Assembly (NCBI GenBank): GCA_045577075.1
Contig: JAZNHR010000025.1
Location: 65,136-129,135 of the forward strand
Origin: Clostridia bacterium
Lineage (GTDB): Bacteria; Bacillota; Clostridia; UMGS1883; UMGS1540
Direction: 5' to 3'
DNA length: 64,000 nt
The position numbers and the translations under genes were made by a program. Below are positions 30,524 through 40,473 of the stretch, one piece after another; position 1 is the stretch's first letter, and each line of letters starts with the position of its first letter. The notes beneath the pieces were generated by a model. That model made no database searches. It saw only the letters and a list, made by a program, of their open reading frames with translations, and was not told the origin of the DNA.

Positions 30524-32593
30524 TTATTTCTCCTTTGTTTTGCCGCATTCGCGGTTCGAACATACGGCAGTGGTGGTGCGTCCCCGTTTTTTGGAGACCA
30601 TGGGACTGCCACATTTGTCGCAAAGGGTGCCGGTGGGCATATCCCATAAAATCACGCCGCACTTTTCGCTGTTTTCGCAGGCATAGAAGGTTCTGCCTTT
30701 TTTCGAACGGCGCTCCAGCACCTTACCGCCGCATTTCGGACAGGGGACACCAATGTCATTGACAATGGGCTTTGCGTTTCGACATTCTGGAAAACCGGGG
30801 CAAGCCAAAAATTTCCCAAACCGTCCCATTTTGTATACCATATTCCGGCCGCATTTTTCGCAAATCACATCCGAAACCTCGTCCTGCAAAGACACTTTTC
30901 CAATGGCGGCATCTGCTTTTTCCAGCGTTTCGGCAAAGGGTGTGTAGAATTCCCGAAGCAGCTCTACCCAGTTTTCCGTGCCTTCTTCTACGCGGTCAAG
31001 CTTTTCTTCCATATCTGCGGTAAATTCTACATTGATAAGATTTCCAAAGTGCTCGGTCATCAAATCCGTCGTAACATACCCGAGCTCTGTGGGCATAAAC
31101 AGCTTCTTTTCGCGGACAACATAGCCACGGTTTAAAATCGTGGAAATAGTGGGCGCGTAGGTACTCGGCCGCCCGATGCCCTTTTCTTCCATAGCACGAA
31201 TCAGCGCCCCTTCAGTATATCGGGAGGGGGGCTCGGTGAAGTTTTGCTGTTTTTCCAGCTTTTTTAGAGACAGCACGTCATCTTTTCGAAGGGTGAGCAT
31301 ATCCGCCGCTTCGTCCTCATTTTCCGTTTCCGTAGCGTACACCGATTCAAAACCGGCAAATTTTACTTTCGCAAAGGAGGCTTTAAAGAGGTATGCTCCG
31401 GCCGTAAGCTCTGCCGCAAGGGTGCTGTAAATGGCATCGGTCATCTGGCTTGCCATAAAACGCTCCCAAATGAGCTTATACAGTTTATATTGGTCAGCCG
31501 GAAGCGTTTTCTTTGCAAGTTCCGGCGTGATTTCTATGTTTGTGGGGCGAATCGCTTCGTGGGCATCCTGCGCCGCCGCCCGGGACTTATAAAATCGGGG
31601 TTTAGAAGGTGCAAATTCCGTGCCGTAGCGCGCTTTAATATAGGAAAGAGCGGCCGCGGAGGCTTCTGCGGAAATACGAAGGGAGTCGGTACGCATATAG
31701 GTGATAAGACCCAAAGTGCCATACCCTTCAATTTCTACACCTTCATACAAAATCTGTGCGGCGGACATGGTTTTTCGGGAGGTAAACCCAAGGCGTCTTG
31801 CCGCTTCCTGTTGCATGGTGCTTGTGGTAAAGGGGGGCGCCGGAGATTTTTTGCGCTCGTCATATTTGGCACCGCTTACCACAAAGTCGGAACTCTGCAG
31901 CTCTGTAAAAATGGCTTCGGCGGTCTTGCCGTCGGCGATTGTCATTTTCTTGCCGTTTTTGCCGTGGAACTTTGCTTTAAAGGTATGCCCGTCCTTGCAT
32001 TTTAAAAGGGCGGTAATGTTCCAGTATTCATCCGGCACAAACCGGTCAATTTCCCGTTCGCGCTCGACGACAAGGCGCGTAACCACAGACTGTACGCGCC
32101 CTGCGCTAAGCCCTTTCTTGACTTTGCGCCAAAGAAGGGGACTTAATTTATAACCTACAATGCGGTCAACGGCGCGGCGCGCCTGTTGGGCGTCCACAAG
32201 GTCCAGGTTTATGGGGCGAGGCTCTTTGACCGCCGCCTTTAAAACATTCTTCGTGATTTCATTAAATGTAACACGGCAATCCGAGGCAGGGTCAAGCCCG
32301 AGAATCTGGGCAAGGTGCCAGGAAATTGCTTCCCCTTCGCGGTCAGGGTCAGTTGCGAGAAATACGCGGTCTGCCGCCTTAGCTTCCTTTTTTAAAGTCG
32401 CCAGCAAATCGCCTTTGCCGCGAATGGTAATATACTTCGGCTCAAAGTTATGCTCCACATCAATACCGAGCTGACTTTTCGGTAAATCCCGAAGATGCCC
32501 GAAGGACGCAACCACGCTGTAGTCCCGTCCTAAATATTTTTTAATCGTCTTTGCTTTCGCAGGAGACTCTACAATAATTAAATTCTTTGCCAT
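30524..32593 (-). CDS. topA: DNA topoisomerase I with C-terminal zinc-ribbon repeats
   Basis: LIIVESPAKAKTI Toprim N-terminus and C-terminal CxxC repeats. topA-trmFO synteny is conserved, as in Bacillus. An AAAGGA RBS sits 7 nt before the ATG at 32593. Confidence 0.9.
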   Translation of the reverse strand: MAKNLIIVESPAKAKTIKKYLGRDYSVVASFGHLRDLPKSQLGIDVEHNFEPKYITIRGKGDLLATLKKEAKAADRVFLATDPDREGEAISWHLAQILGLDPASDCRVTFNEITKNVLKAAVKEPRPINLDLVDAQQARRAVDRIVGYKLSPLLWRKVKKGLSAGRVQSVVTRLVVEREREIDRFVPDEYWNITALLKCKDGHTFKAKFHGKNGKKMTIADGKTAEAIFTELQSSDFVVSGAKYDERKKSPAPPFTTSTMQQEAARRLGFTSRKTMSAAQILYEGVEIEGYGTLGLITYMRTDSLRISAEASAAALSYIKARYGTEFAPSKPRFYKSRAAAQDAHEAIRPTNIEITPELAKKTLPADQYKLYKLIWERFMASQMTDAIYSTLAAELTAGAYLFKASFAKVKFAGFESVYATETENEDEAADMLTLRKDDVLSLKKLEKQQNFTEPPSRYTEGALIRAMEEKGIGRPSTYAPTISTILNRGYVVREKKLFMPTELGYVTTDLMTEHFGNLINVEFTADMEEKLDRVEEGTENWVELLREFYTPFAETLEKADAAIGKVSLQDEVSDVICEKCGRNMVYKMGRFGKFLACPGFPECRNAKPIVNDIGVPCPKCGGKVLERRSKKGRTFYACENSEKCGVILWDMPTGTLCDKCGSPMVSKKRGRTTTAVCSNRECGKTKEK

Positions 32594-32659
32594 GACCATT
32601 TCCTTTCTGCGTTGTTCTTTTTACAGTATCACAGATGTAGTCCCTTTGTAAAGAGTTTT

Positions 32660-34489
32660 TTAAATATTTTTCGTTTTATCCTGAAAATAGGCGTAAATAT
32701 TTTCCGCGGTCCGGCGGTCTATGCCGGGTGTGGCGGCAAGTTCGTCGCAGGTAGCCGTCTTTATGGCAGAAATCGATTTGAAATGTGTCAGTAGTGCCTT
32801 CTTTTTCACAGGGCCTACGCCCTTTATGCCGTCCAGCTCTCCGGAAAAGGTTTTCCGCTTTCGCAGTTTTTTGTGGTAGGTAATCGCAAACCGATGTGCC
32901 TCGTCCTGCACTAAGGTTACTAGGCGAAACGCGGCAGAACCGGGGGCGAGACTTACCTCCCCGTCCGTGCGGACAAGTCCTCGCGTGCGGTGCCTGTCAT
33001 CCTTGACCATGCCGAGGACGGGCACAGAAATGGCGAGCCGCTCGAGCACTTCTTCCGCGGCGTGTACATGCCCTAAGCCGCCGTCCACCAAAATTAAATC
33101 GGGCATGGCGGCGAAGTTCCCGTCCGCATCATGATAGCGGATGAAACGGCGGGAGAGGACTTCCTTCATACAATCATAGTCATTCGAGCCGATAATATAC
33201 TTGATTTTAAATCGTTTATACTCGGAAGGGGCTTTCTTCCCGTTTAGAAAGACAATCATGGAGCCTACGTTTTCGCTGCCGCCGGTGTTGGAAATATCAT
33301 ACGCTTCTATACGATAGGGTGGCTCGTCCATGCCGATTTCATGTGCAAGCTCGGAAAGTGCCTTATCCCGATTTGTACGGCGCAGAACATCCAGCTTGAA
33401 GTTTTCTAAGGTGTGATTTGCATTTTTCGTCGCCATATCACAGAGCTTTCGCATTTCACCACGCTGTGGATGGTGGAGAAGTACGCGCTTTTGTCGTTTT
33501 TCTGACAGAAAGGAAGCGAGTATTTCTGCATCGGGCAGGGGAAGCGCCGTGTAAATTTGGGGCGGAATTTCCACGTCCATACTGTAATACGCCTGGACAA
33601 AATCGGCAAGCGTTTCTGCCTCGCCCCCATAGAGTCTGCCGCTTTCGCGATACAGTTTACTTCCTAAAAGCTTACCGCCGCGAATGAAAAACACGGCAAA
33701 GGTGGCAAGGTCCTCGGAAAGAGCAAGGGAAAAAATGTCCACATCCTTCTGGCTGCTGATAACCTTTTGGTCGCGGGAGATACGGCGAATGCCGTCAATT
33801 TTATCCCGATAGGCAGCGGCGACCTCAAATTCGAGCCGACCGGATGCCTCCTCCATTTTTTCTTCTAAATCGCGGATGAGCCGTGCGTGGTCTCCGTTTA
33901 AAAATCGGGCAACTTCCGCAAACGTTTTTTGGTATTCCTCTGCCGGGATTTGTCCGGTGCACGGGGCGCTACAGCGGCGCATGGCGTGATATAAACACGG
34001 CCGCGTGCGTCCAAACTCTGCCGGAAAACGCTTGTTGCAGTGCTGCACCCTAAAAATCCGCCGAATCACATCCAGCGTTTCGTATACGACGGCACTCGAG
34101 GGGTACGGGCCGAAATACTGCCCGTCATCGCTTTTCTTTCGGGCAAGGGAAATGCGAGGGTACGCTTCATTTGAAATTTTAATAAACGGATAGCCCTTAT
34201 CGTCCTTTAAAAGAATATTATACCGTGGCTTGTGCTTTTTGATAAGCGTACTTTCAAGGCAGAGCGCTTCAAATTCCGTGTCTGTTAAGATATATTCAAA
34301 GTCCTCAATTTTTTCAATCATGGCCGCTACTTTCGGCGCATGGGAAGTGCCGTGAAAATACTGGCGGACGCGGTTTTTTAAAATTTTCGCCTTGCCCACA
34401 TAAATAATGTGCCCCGTACTGTCACGCATAATATAGACGCCGGGGGAAGAGGGCAAAGTTTTCAGTTTTTCAGTAATGATTTCATTCAT
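32660..34489 (-). CDS. uvrC: excinuclease ABC subunit C
   Basis: GIY-YIG GVYIMRDSTGHIIYVGKAK, UvrBC and C-terminal HhH domains. The ATG at 34489 (MNEIITEKL) has a weak RBS; an upstream TTG is possible. Confidence 0.85.
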   Translation of the reverse strand: MNEIITEKLKTLPSSPGVYIMRDSTGHIIYVGKAKILKNRVRQYFHGTSHAPKVAAMIEKIEDFEYILTDTEFEALCLESTLIKKHKPRYNILLKDDKGYPFIKISNEAYPRISLARKKSDDGQYFGPYPSSAVVYETLDVIRRIFRVQHCNKRFPAEFGRTRPCLYHAMRRCSAPCTGQIPAEEYQKTFAEVARFLNGDHARLIRDLEEKMEEASGRLEFEVAAAYRDKIDGIRRISRDQKVISSQKDVDIFSLALSEDLATFAVFFIRGGKLLGSKLYRESGRLYGGEAETLADFVQAYYSMDVEIPPQIYTALPLPDAEILASFLSEKRQKRVLLHHPQRGEMRKLCDMATKNANHTLENFKLDVLRRTNRDKALSELAHEIGMDEPPYRIEAYDISNTGGSENVGSMIVFLNGKKAPSEYKRFKIKYIIGSNDYDCMKEVLSRRFIRYHDADGNFAAMPDLILVDGGLGHVHAAEEVLERLAISVPVLGMVKDDRHRTRGLVRTDGEVSLAPGSAAFRLVTLVQDEAHRFAITYHKKLRKRKTFSGELDGIKGVGPVKKKALLTHFKSISAIKTATCDELAATPGIDRRTAENIYAYFQDKTKNI

Positions 34490-34602
34490 AAATTCAAAAA
34501 CGGCTGCGGCGCACAAGGCACCGGCTTTGCCCCTTTACAGCTTTATTTTTCCATGGGCAGTATGCCCGTATCCGAAGAGAAAATACAAAAGAATTTACAA
34601 GT

Positions 34603-34628
34603 GAAAAAACAGCCTCATAGAGGCTGCT
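34603..34628 (-). terminator. rho-independent terminator downstream of ptsH (minus strand)
   Basis: On the minus strand: CAGCCTCTATGAGGCTG hairpin followed by TTTTTT. Confidence 0.55.
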
Positions 34629-34641
34629 TAAAAGTCATATT

Positions 34642-34905
34642 TTATTCGCACACAGTATCGCTGATGAGCGTGCAAAGTGCTGTGATTGCATCACTTTCAT
34701 CCGCGCCGTCGGCTGACAGGAGAATTTCCGTCCCGCGTGTAATGCCGAGGGATAAAATCCCTAAAAGACTTTTGGCATTGACGCGACGGGAATCTTTTTC
34801 CACCCAAATAGCGGCCTTGAATTCATTGGCCTTTTGTATAAATAATGTAGCTGCCTTGGCGTGAAGGCCAACCTGATTCAGTACAACGATGCTTTTAGAT
34901 ACCAT
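34642..34905 (-). CDS. ptsH: phosphocarrier protein HPr
   Basis: GLHAKAA around His15 and KS...LGI around Ser46. 87 aa. Confidence 0.8.
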   Translation of the reverse strand: MVSKSIVVLNQVGLHAKAATLFIQKANEFKAAIWVEKDSRRVNAKSLLGILSLGITRGTEILLSADGADESDAITALCTLISDTVCE

Positions 34906-35030
34906 AAATTTTACGCTCCCTTAGGCCAAAATTCAATGTGTGCCCTTTTCTGTTAGTATACCACAAAGAAAGCAAAAGAGTCAAGCCCTGAGGCGTTTTT
35001 TTGCTTTCCTGTTTTTAGTATGCAAAAATT

Positions 35031-35067
35031 TTAAAAAAGTCACAACCGGGCGGCTGTTGCCGCCCAG
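35031..35067 (-). terminator. rho-independent terminator downstream of rpmF (minus strand)
   Basis: On the minus strand: CTGGGCGGCAACAGCCGCCCGG hairpin followed by TTGTGACTTTTTT. Confidence 0.5.
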
Positions 35068-35077
35068 AGTAAAAGAC

Positions 35078-35257
35078 TTATTCAGATACCTTTACTACTT
35101 CTCTGTTCTTATAGTAGCCGCAGGCACTGCAAATCCGATGGGGACGAATGAGAGCTTTGCACTTGGGGCATTCAACCATGCCGGGTACAGAAAGTTTGTA
35201 CGTTGCACGTCTCTTATCACGTCTTGCCTTAGATATTTTATTCTTCGGTACTGCCAT
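35078..35257 (-). CDS. rpmF: 50S ribosomal protein L32
   Basis: MAVPKNKISKARRDKRRA N-terminus and a CPKC...CSACG zinc ribbon. Confidence 0.85.
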   Translation of the reverse strand: MAVPKNKISKARRDKRRATYKLSVPGMVECPKCKALIRPHRICSACGYYKNREVVKVSE

Positions 35258-35317
35258 CTTCCACACCTCATCTTTCCGGAATCCAAACTTCTACGTTTAA
35301 TAGTAGTAACACACGAT

Positions 35318-35346
35318 ATTATACAGCCTTTTGCATCTTTTGTCAA
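35318..35346 (-). promoter_or_regulatory. sigma-A-type promoter for rpmF (minus strand)
   Basis: On the minus strand: TTGACA, a 17 nt spacer, and TATAAT. Confidence 0.5.
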
Positions 35347-35390
35347 GAAGTTTTTGCAAAAATTCTGTTTTTCGGGGAAAATATGGTTTT

Positions 35391-36431
35391 TTAGAGAATA
35401 CGGACGCCTTCTGTACCGCGTTCCACCACGCCGATTTTGTAAACGGTTTCGCCTGCAGCCTCCAAAATTGCTTTTGCTTCTTCCGCCTTGTCAGCACTTA
35501 CGGCAACAATCATGCCAATACCCATATTGAAGGTGTTGTACATTTCCTTTGCAGGAATATTCCCCGTCTTTTGCATCAGTTCAAAAATGGGGGGCAGGGG
35601 GTAGGAGGCGGTGTCAATCACAGCGGTCATACCTTCACGCATCATGCGCGGCACGTTTTCGATAAAGCCGCCGCCTGTAATGTGGCTGATGGCCTTGATT
35701 TCCACTTTTTCCATAAGGGAAAGAATGGCTTTTACATAAATTCTTGTGGGTGCCAAAAGTGCTTCGCCCAAAGTCGTGCCAAGGGATTCTATGTATTCAC
35801 CCAGGGCTTGTCCCTTGTTGATGTTAAAAAGCTTACGAACGAGGGAAAAACCGTTGCTGTGTACGCCCGAAGAAGCGAGGCCGAGCAGTACATCGCCTTC
35901 CGAAAGCTTTGTGCCGTCAATAATTTTCTTCTTATCGACAATCCCTACCGCAAAACCGGCAAGGTCATATTCGTCTTCCGGATAAAAACCGGGCATTTCA
36001 GCCGTTTCGCCGCCGATTAAAGCACAGCCGGACTGTACACAGCCGTCAGCTACACCTTTTACAATGGAAGCAACCTTTTCGGGCTCATTTTTGCCTACGG
36101 CAACATAGTCAAGGAAAAACAGGGGACGAGCGCCGCTGCAAACGATATCGTTTACACACATGGCAACACAGTCCTGCCCGACAGTATCATGCTTGTCCAT
36201 CAAAAAAGCAAGCTTTAATTTTGTACCTACACCGTCCGTGCCGGAAACGAGCACAGGCTCCTCCATACCGGCAAGGTTGGGGGCAAAAAGGCCGCCGAAA
36301 CCGCCGATGGGGGAAAGCACCCCGTCTGTTGTTGTTCTTTTTACGTGTTCCTTCATAAGGCGTACTGCCTCGTATCCGGCCTCAATATTTACGCCGGCTG
36401 CGCTGTATGCGCTGTTTGCACTCTTAGTCAT
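35391..36431 (-). CDS. purM: phosphoribosylformylglycinamidine cyclo-ligase (AIR synthetase)
   Basis: [15 protein letters not shown]...DGVGTKLK motifs. Start chosen at MTKSAN; the track start is further upstream. Confidence 0.9.
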   Translation of the reverse strand: MTKSANSAYSAAGVNIEAGYEAVRLMKEHVKRTTTDGVLSPIGGFGGLFAPNLAGMEEPVLVSGTDGVGTKLKLAFLMDKHDTVGQDCVAMCVNDIVCSGARPLFFLDYVAVGKNEPEKVASIVKGVADGCVQSGCALIGGETAEMPGFYPEDEYDLAGFAVGIVDKKKIIDGTKLSEGDVLLGLASSGVHSNGFSLVRKLFNINKGQALGEYIESLGTTLGEALLAPTRIYVKAILSLMEKVEIKAISHITGGGFIENVPRMMREGMTAVIDTASYPLPPIFELMQKTGNIPAKEMYNTFNMGIGMIVAVSADKAEEAKAILEAAGETVYKIGVVERGTEGVRIL

Positions 36432-37848
36432 TTTCTCCGAATCTCCTTTCTTGGAATGAGCGAAGCTCACGGTTTTCCGGGATTTCTATATCGTATTTGC
36501 CGGTAAAGCACGCATTACAAAAGCCGCGTGTTCTGCCGGGAACGATTGATTTTAAATCTTCAATACGCAGGAAGGAAAGGGAGTCTGCACCGAATTTTTC
36601 ACGCATTTCCTCGACAGAATATTTGTACCCAATCAGTTCTTCCTTTGTAGGAACGTCTGTGCCAAAATAACAGGGCCAGAGGAAGAGAGGCGAGGAAATC
36701 CGCATATGTACTTCCGTGGCACCTGCCTTTTTCAGCATCATAATCAGCTTGCGGCAGGTTGTACCGCGAACGATGGAGTCATCTACAATGACGACGCGCT
36801 TGCCCCGAATGGTGGAAGCCAGTACGTTGAGCTTTATGTCCACGCTTTCTTCACGCATTTTCTGGGAGGGCTGAATAAATGTTCTGCCGATGTAGCGGTT
36901 TTTGATAAGCCCCGTACCGTAGGGAATACCGCTTTCCTCGGCATACCCGATGGCGGCACAGATACCGGAGTCCGGCACGCCGATGACAATGTCGGCATCT
37001 ACGGGGTCAGCTTTCGCAAGAGCACGGCCTGCCGCAACACGGGCTTCATATACGCTTGTCCCTTCAATAACGCTGTCAGGACGGGCAAAATAAATATATT
37101 CAAAGATACAGAGGGCGCTTTTGTCGGTGCAGTTGTCGCGGATAGATCGAAGTCCGTTTTCATCTGCAACCACAACTTCACCCGGTTCGATATCCCGCAC
37201 AAACTCTGCGCCGATAGCATCCAGCGCACAGCTTTCCGAAGCAAAGATGTAGCTGTTTTGCTTTTTGCCGATACAAAGGGGACGGTAGCCGAGGGGGTCA
37301 CGGGCGGCAATCAGCTTTCTCGGGCTCATCACGAGCATAGAATACCCACCCTTTAATGTGCGAATAACACGGACGAGGGCGTCCTCAATAGAATGGGTTT
37401 TGACTCTTTCCCGTGCCAGAAGATAGTTGATAATTTCCGTATCACTTGTCGTCTGGAAAATGGCGCCGTCGGACTCAAGGCGTGCACGCTCTCCCACGGA
37501 GTCCGCAAGGCTGCCGTTGTAGGCGGTGGCAAGCGTTCCTTTTTTATAACGGGTAACGAGAGGCTGCGCATCTTCGCGGACCTTGTCGGAAGCGGAATAA
37601 CGCACATGCCCAATGGCGGCATGTCCTTTTAAGTGACTTAAAACAACTTCATTAAATACGTCCGGCACAAGACCGCTGTCTTTGTGGTAAATGATAACAC
37701 CGTCATCATTTACCGCAATACCGGCACTTTCCTGGCCGCGGTGCTGCAGGGCGTAAAGGGCATAGTACGTCAGGTGTGCGCAGTCAAATCCATCGTTATC
37801 CCAAATACCGAACAGACCGCATTCTTCATGCAATTTTGTGTCTTTCAT
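36424..37848 (-). CDS. purF: amidophosphoribosyltransferase
   Basis: N-terminal CGLFGIW (Ntn Cys) and a PRTase domain. It overlaps the purM start by 8 nt. Confidence 0.9.
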   Translation of the reverse strand: MKDTKLHEECGLFGIWDNDGFDCAHLTYYALYALQHRGQESAGIAVNDDGVIIYHKDSGLVPDVFNEVVLSHLKGHAAIGHVRYSASDKVREDAQPLVTRYKKGTLATAYNGSLADSVGERARLESDGAIFQTTSDTEIINYLLARERVKTHSIEDALVRVIRTLKGGYSMLVMSPRKLIAARDPLGYRPLCIGKKQNSYIFASESCALDAIGAEFVRDIEPGEVVVADENGLRSIRDNCTDKSALCIFEYIYFARPDSVIEGTSVYEARVAAGRALAKADPVDADIVIGVPDSGICAAIGYAEESGIPYGTGLIKNRYIGRTFIQPSQKMREESVDIKLNVLASTIRGKRVVIVDDSIVRGTTCRKLIMMLKKAGATEVHMRISSPLFLWPCYFGTDVPTKEELIGYKYSVEEMREKFGADSLSFLRIEDLKSIVPGRTRGFCNACFTGKYDIEIPENRELRSFQERRFGEND

Positions 37849-37865
37849 GGTTTCTCTCCCTTGCG

Positions 37866-38375
37866 TTATATGTTACTGAGTTCTTCCTGCAGGCGCGCGT
37901 CCTTTTCGCTGACCTCGCGCAGCATGGAAAGCTTATGTTCTTCCAGCTTTTCTGCGACTTCCGGGCAAGAAAGCGCAATCATTTGTGCCGCCAAAATTGC
38001 GGCATTTTCGCCGCCGTCAATCGCAACGGTGGCAACGGGAATGCCCTTGGGCATCTGGACAATGGAAAGGAGGGAATCCAGCCCGTCCATTGTAGAAGAT
38101 TTAATCGGGATACCGATAACAGGCAATGTGGTAAAGGCTGCCAAAACGCCCGGAAGATGGGCGGCTTTGCCTGCGGCGCCGATAATCACGGAAAAACCGC
38201 GTTCTTTCGCGTTTTTTGCAAAGGTTGCGGCAGAATCGGGGGTGCGGTGAGCGGAAATGACCCGCGCTTCCACTGCAATGCCGAATTCCTTCAGCCGTTT
38301 TATGCAAGGACGCAGTGCCGGCAAGTCGGAATCGCTTCCCATAATGAGTGCTACTTTTGGAGACATAGTATCCAT
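37866..38375 (-). CDS. purE: 5-(carboxyamino)imidazole ribonucleotide mutase
   Basis: VALIMGSDSDL...AGKAAHLPG motifs. Confidence 0.9.
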   Translation of the reverse strand: MDTMSPKVALIMGSDSDLPALRPCIKRLKEFGIAVEARVISAHRTPDSAATFAKNAKERGFSVIIGAAGKAAHLPGVLAAFTTLPVIGIPIKSSTMDGLDSLLSIVQMPKGIPVATVAIDGGENAAILAAQMIALSCPEVAEKLEEHKLSMLREVSEKDARLQEELSNI

Positions 38376-38379
38376 CCTT

Positions 38380-39318
38380 TCAAATTATAAAAGTGTAAAC
38401 AAAGGGTAAGGTTACAAGACTGGCTGCGGTTGTAAGACAAATTGCCGTGGCGGCATAATCCGTGTCACCGCCGCATTCCTGTGATAAAATCGCAAAAACA
38501 GACTGGCACGGCATGGCAAGCTCGATGGCGATGACCGAAACAATCAGCATATCCACCGGAAGCGAAAGCGCCGGAAGGAGCCAGTTTAAAGCATAAAATG
38601 CCCCAATGGGAACGAGGAGCATTTTGATGAGAACAATCGTTATGGAAGAAAGCCCTGCCACGATTTCACGAAATCGAACGCCGGCCAAAGTGGCACCCAA
38701 AAAGAGCATGGATAAAACCATGGTGGTGCTACCTATGGAGGAGGCTGCTTCGTGGAGTGCGTACGGCAGGCGCAGGGAAAATACAAACATCAGCGCGCCG
38801 ATTACATAGGAAAGAGTTGCAGGGTTTAAAAGCCGGCGAAGGTCCACCTTCCCCTTGGAAGAACGGCTGAGAATTAAAACACCAATCGTCCAAGCCGTAA
38901 GGTCATTTGCAATGGAAAAGAATGCGGCATAAAAAACCGCCTTTTCGCCCCAGATCACCTGGAGAAGCGGATAGCCTAAAAAAATTGTATTTCCAAAAGC
39001 TGTCAGGCAAGTGTGCACATCCCCCCGCTTTTTATCAAAGCGAAAGGGAATGGTTGAAAACTTTCCAAGGAGCAGTAAAACAAAAACGAATAAAAGCCCC
39101 AAAACAAAAACAGCAAGAGCTGTGTTTTGCGTCTGTACATCCTTGGCTTGTCCGGAAAGCGTGGTAATAACAAGCAGTGGTAACGTGATGCGCGTTATAA
39201 GCTGAGAGGTGGCGTTTTTAAGACCTTTTATGTAGCCTGTTTTCTCTGCCAGAAAGCCCAGCACCATAATAATGGCAAGAAGCAAAATTTTGCTGACTAC
39301 AATTTCCAACGCCGCCAC
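38380..39318 (-). CDS. AEC-family (auxin efflux carrier-type) transporter, 10-TM membrane protein
   Basis: Hydrophobic 312 aa profile typical of the AEC/malate permease family. Its stop lies 4 nt upstream of the purE start, so it is the first gene of the purEFM transcription unit. Confidence 0.65.
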   Translation of the reverse strand: MAALEIVVSKILLLAIIMVLGFLAEKTGYIKGLKNATSQLITRITLPLLVITTLSGQAKDVQTQNTALAVFVLGLLFVFVLLLLGKFSTIPFRFDKKRGDVHTCLTAFGNTIFLGYPLLQVIWGEKAVFYAAFFSIANDLTAWTIGVLILSRSSKGKVDLRRLLNPATLSYVIGALMFVFSLRLPYALHEAASSIGSTTMVLSMLFLGATLAGVRFREIVAGLSSITIVLIKMLLVPIGAFYALNWLLPALSLPVDMLIVSVIAIELAMPCQSVFAILSQECGGDTDYAATAICLTTAASLVTLPFVYTFII

Positions 39319-39344
39319 TTCCTTTTCTTAAAAATACATAGTCT

Positions 39345-39373
39345 ATTATAACATACGGGATGGATTTTGTAAA
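39345..39373 (-). promoter_or_regulatory. sigma-A-type promoter for the AEC-purE-purF-purM operon (minus strand)
   Basis: On the minus strand: TTTACA, a 17 nt spacer, and TATAAT about 25 nt upstream of the AEC start. Confidence 0.45.
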
Positions 39374-39525
39374 GCAAAAAGAAAAAAGAAGAAAAAATTT
39401 GTTGACAAAATCCATAAAACCGTGAATTTTGGAAAAAAGATATGGCAAAGCTGACAAAAGAGAGGCATATTTTATCGGGACAGACCATAGGTATAGAAAA
39501 AACAGTTTGCGCGGAGGCGGAAATG

Positions 39526-40281
39526 AAAATATTTGTATTCGATAAAAATGTGGTTCTCACGATGGCCTTAGCACTTTTGATTGCTGTGTCCCTCGTGCCC
39601 TTATCCATGGTGGCAAGCAGGTCCGCAGCCGGAAAAAATGCAGAGAGCCTGCCGCTTTATTCCGTGGAGACCGCAGAAAAAAAGGTGGCAGTTACCTTCA
39701 ACGCCGCATGGGGTGCGGAAGATATTGACAGCATTTTGGAAACGCTGCAGGCATTTAATGCAAAGTGTACATTTTTCATCGTCGGCACATGGGCGGAAAA
39801 ATACCCGGAAGCAGTCCATAAAATCAAGAATGCCGGGCATGAGATTGGGAGCCATTCCTATAATCATGGGCATTACGGGGAAATGACGGAAGCAGAAATG
39901 ATGCAAGATATGGACAAAGCGGACGCTGCCTTACAAAGCATCACGGGGGAGACGACTCGACTGTTTCGTGCGCCCTACGGGGAATATACGGAGGAGGCTG
40001 TAAAAACGGTACGAAGCCGTGGGCAGTATATGATACAATGGAATATTGATAGCCTGGACTATGCGGGAAAATCCACAGCGGAAATGGAAGCACGCATTCT
40101 GCCGCGTCTTCGTCCCGGCTCCATTATCCTGTTTCACACCGGTACGGAACAGACGGCAGCGGCATTACCTGCACTTCTACACAAAATCAAAGAAGAAGGA
40201 TATACATTTTCCACCGTCGGTGATTTAATGTATACAGAAGGATATACTATTAACCATGAAGGACGGCAGATCAAAGACTAA
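39526..40281 (+). CDS. polysaccharide deacetylase-family protein (NodB homology; peptidoglycan/chitooligosaccharide deacetylase-like) with an N-terminal signal anchor
   Basis: VAVTFNAAWG ... HEIGSHSYNH ... RAPYGEY ... LFHTG NodB motifs. A GGAGG RBS sits 6 nt before the ATG at 39526; the track start 39442 has a poor RBS. Confidence 0.7.
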   Translation, partial: KIFVFDKNVVLTMALALLIAVSLVPLSMVASRSAAGKNAESLPLYSVETAEKKVAVTFNAAWGAEDIDSILETLQAFNAKCTFFIVGTWAEKYPEAVHKIKNAGHEIGSHSYNHGHYGEMTEAEMMQDMDKADAALQSITGETTRLFRAPYGEYTEEAVKTVRSRGQYMIQWNIDSLDYAGKSTAEMEARILPRLRPGSIILFHTGTEQTAAALPALLHKIKEEGYTFSTVGDLMYTEGYTINHEGRQIKD

Positions 40282-40390
40282 ACATAGGCGGTAAATCGCA
40301 TTGCCACCATTTTTTTCTAAAAATTAAAACTAAATTTTTCTTGATTTTTCGGCAAATTCTAGAGCTTATATTATTTTTTCATAAAAAGTC

Positions 40391-40419
40391 TTGCATTTTT
40401 CTGGACGTAATGGTATAAT
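40391..40419 (+). promoter_or_regulatory. sigma-A-type promoter for the sugar-binding lipoprotein gene
   Basis: TTGCAT, a 17 nt spacer, and TATAAT. Confidence 0.45.
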
Positions 40420-40473
40420 GTATACGAAATTGGGATGGAAAATCCTGCAAAAATTTTTTAGGAGGCGTTAAAA

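Noticed and set aside
35331-36020. 229 aa plus-strand ORF antisense to purM, and similar ORFs at 36706-37356 and 37684-38390 opposite purF and purE
   Set aside because: They lie within well-supported purine biosynthesis genes on the other strand.
40282-40330. Possible terminator after the polysaccharide deacetylase gene (GGCGGTAAATCGCATTGCCACC followed by TTTTTTT)
   Set aside because: The flanking sequence is not convincingly self-complementary. The T-run alone is insufficient, so it is not called as a terminator.
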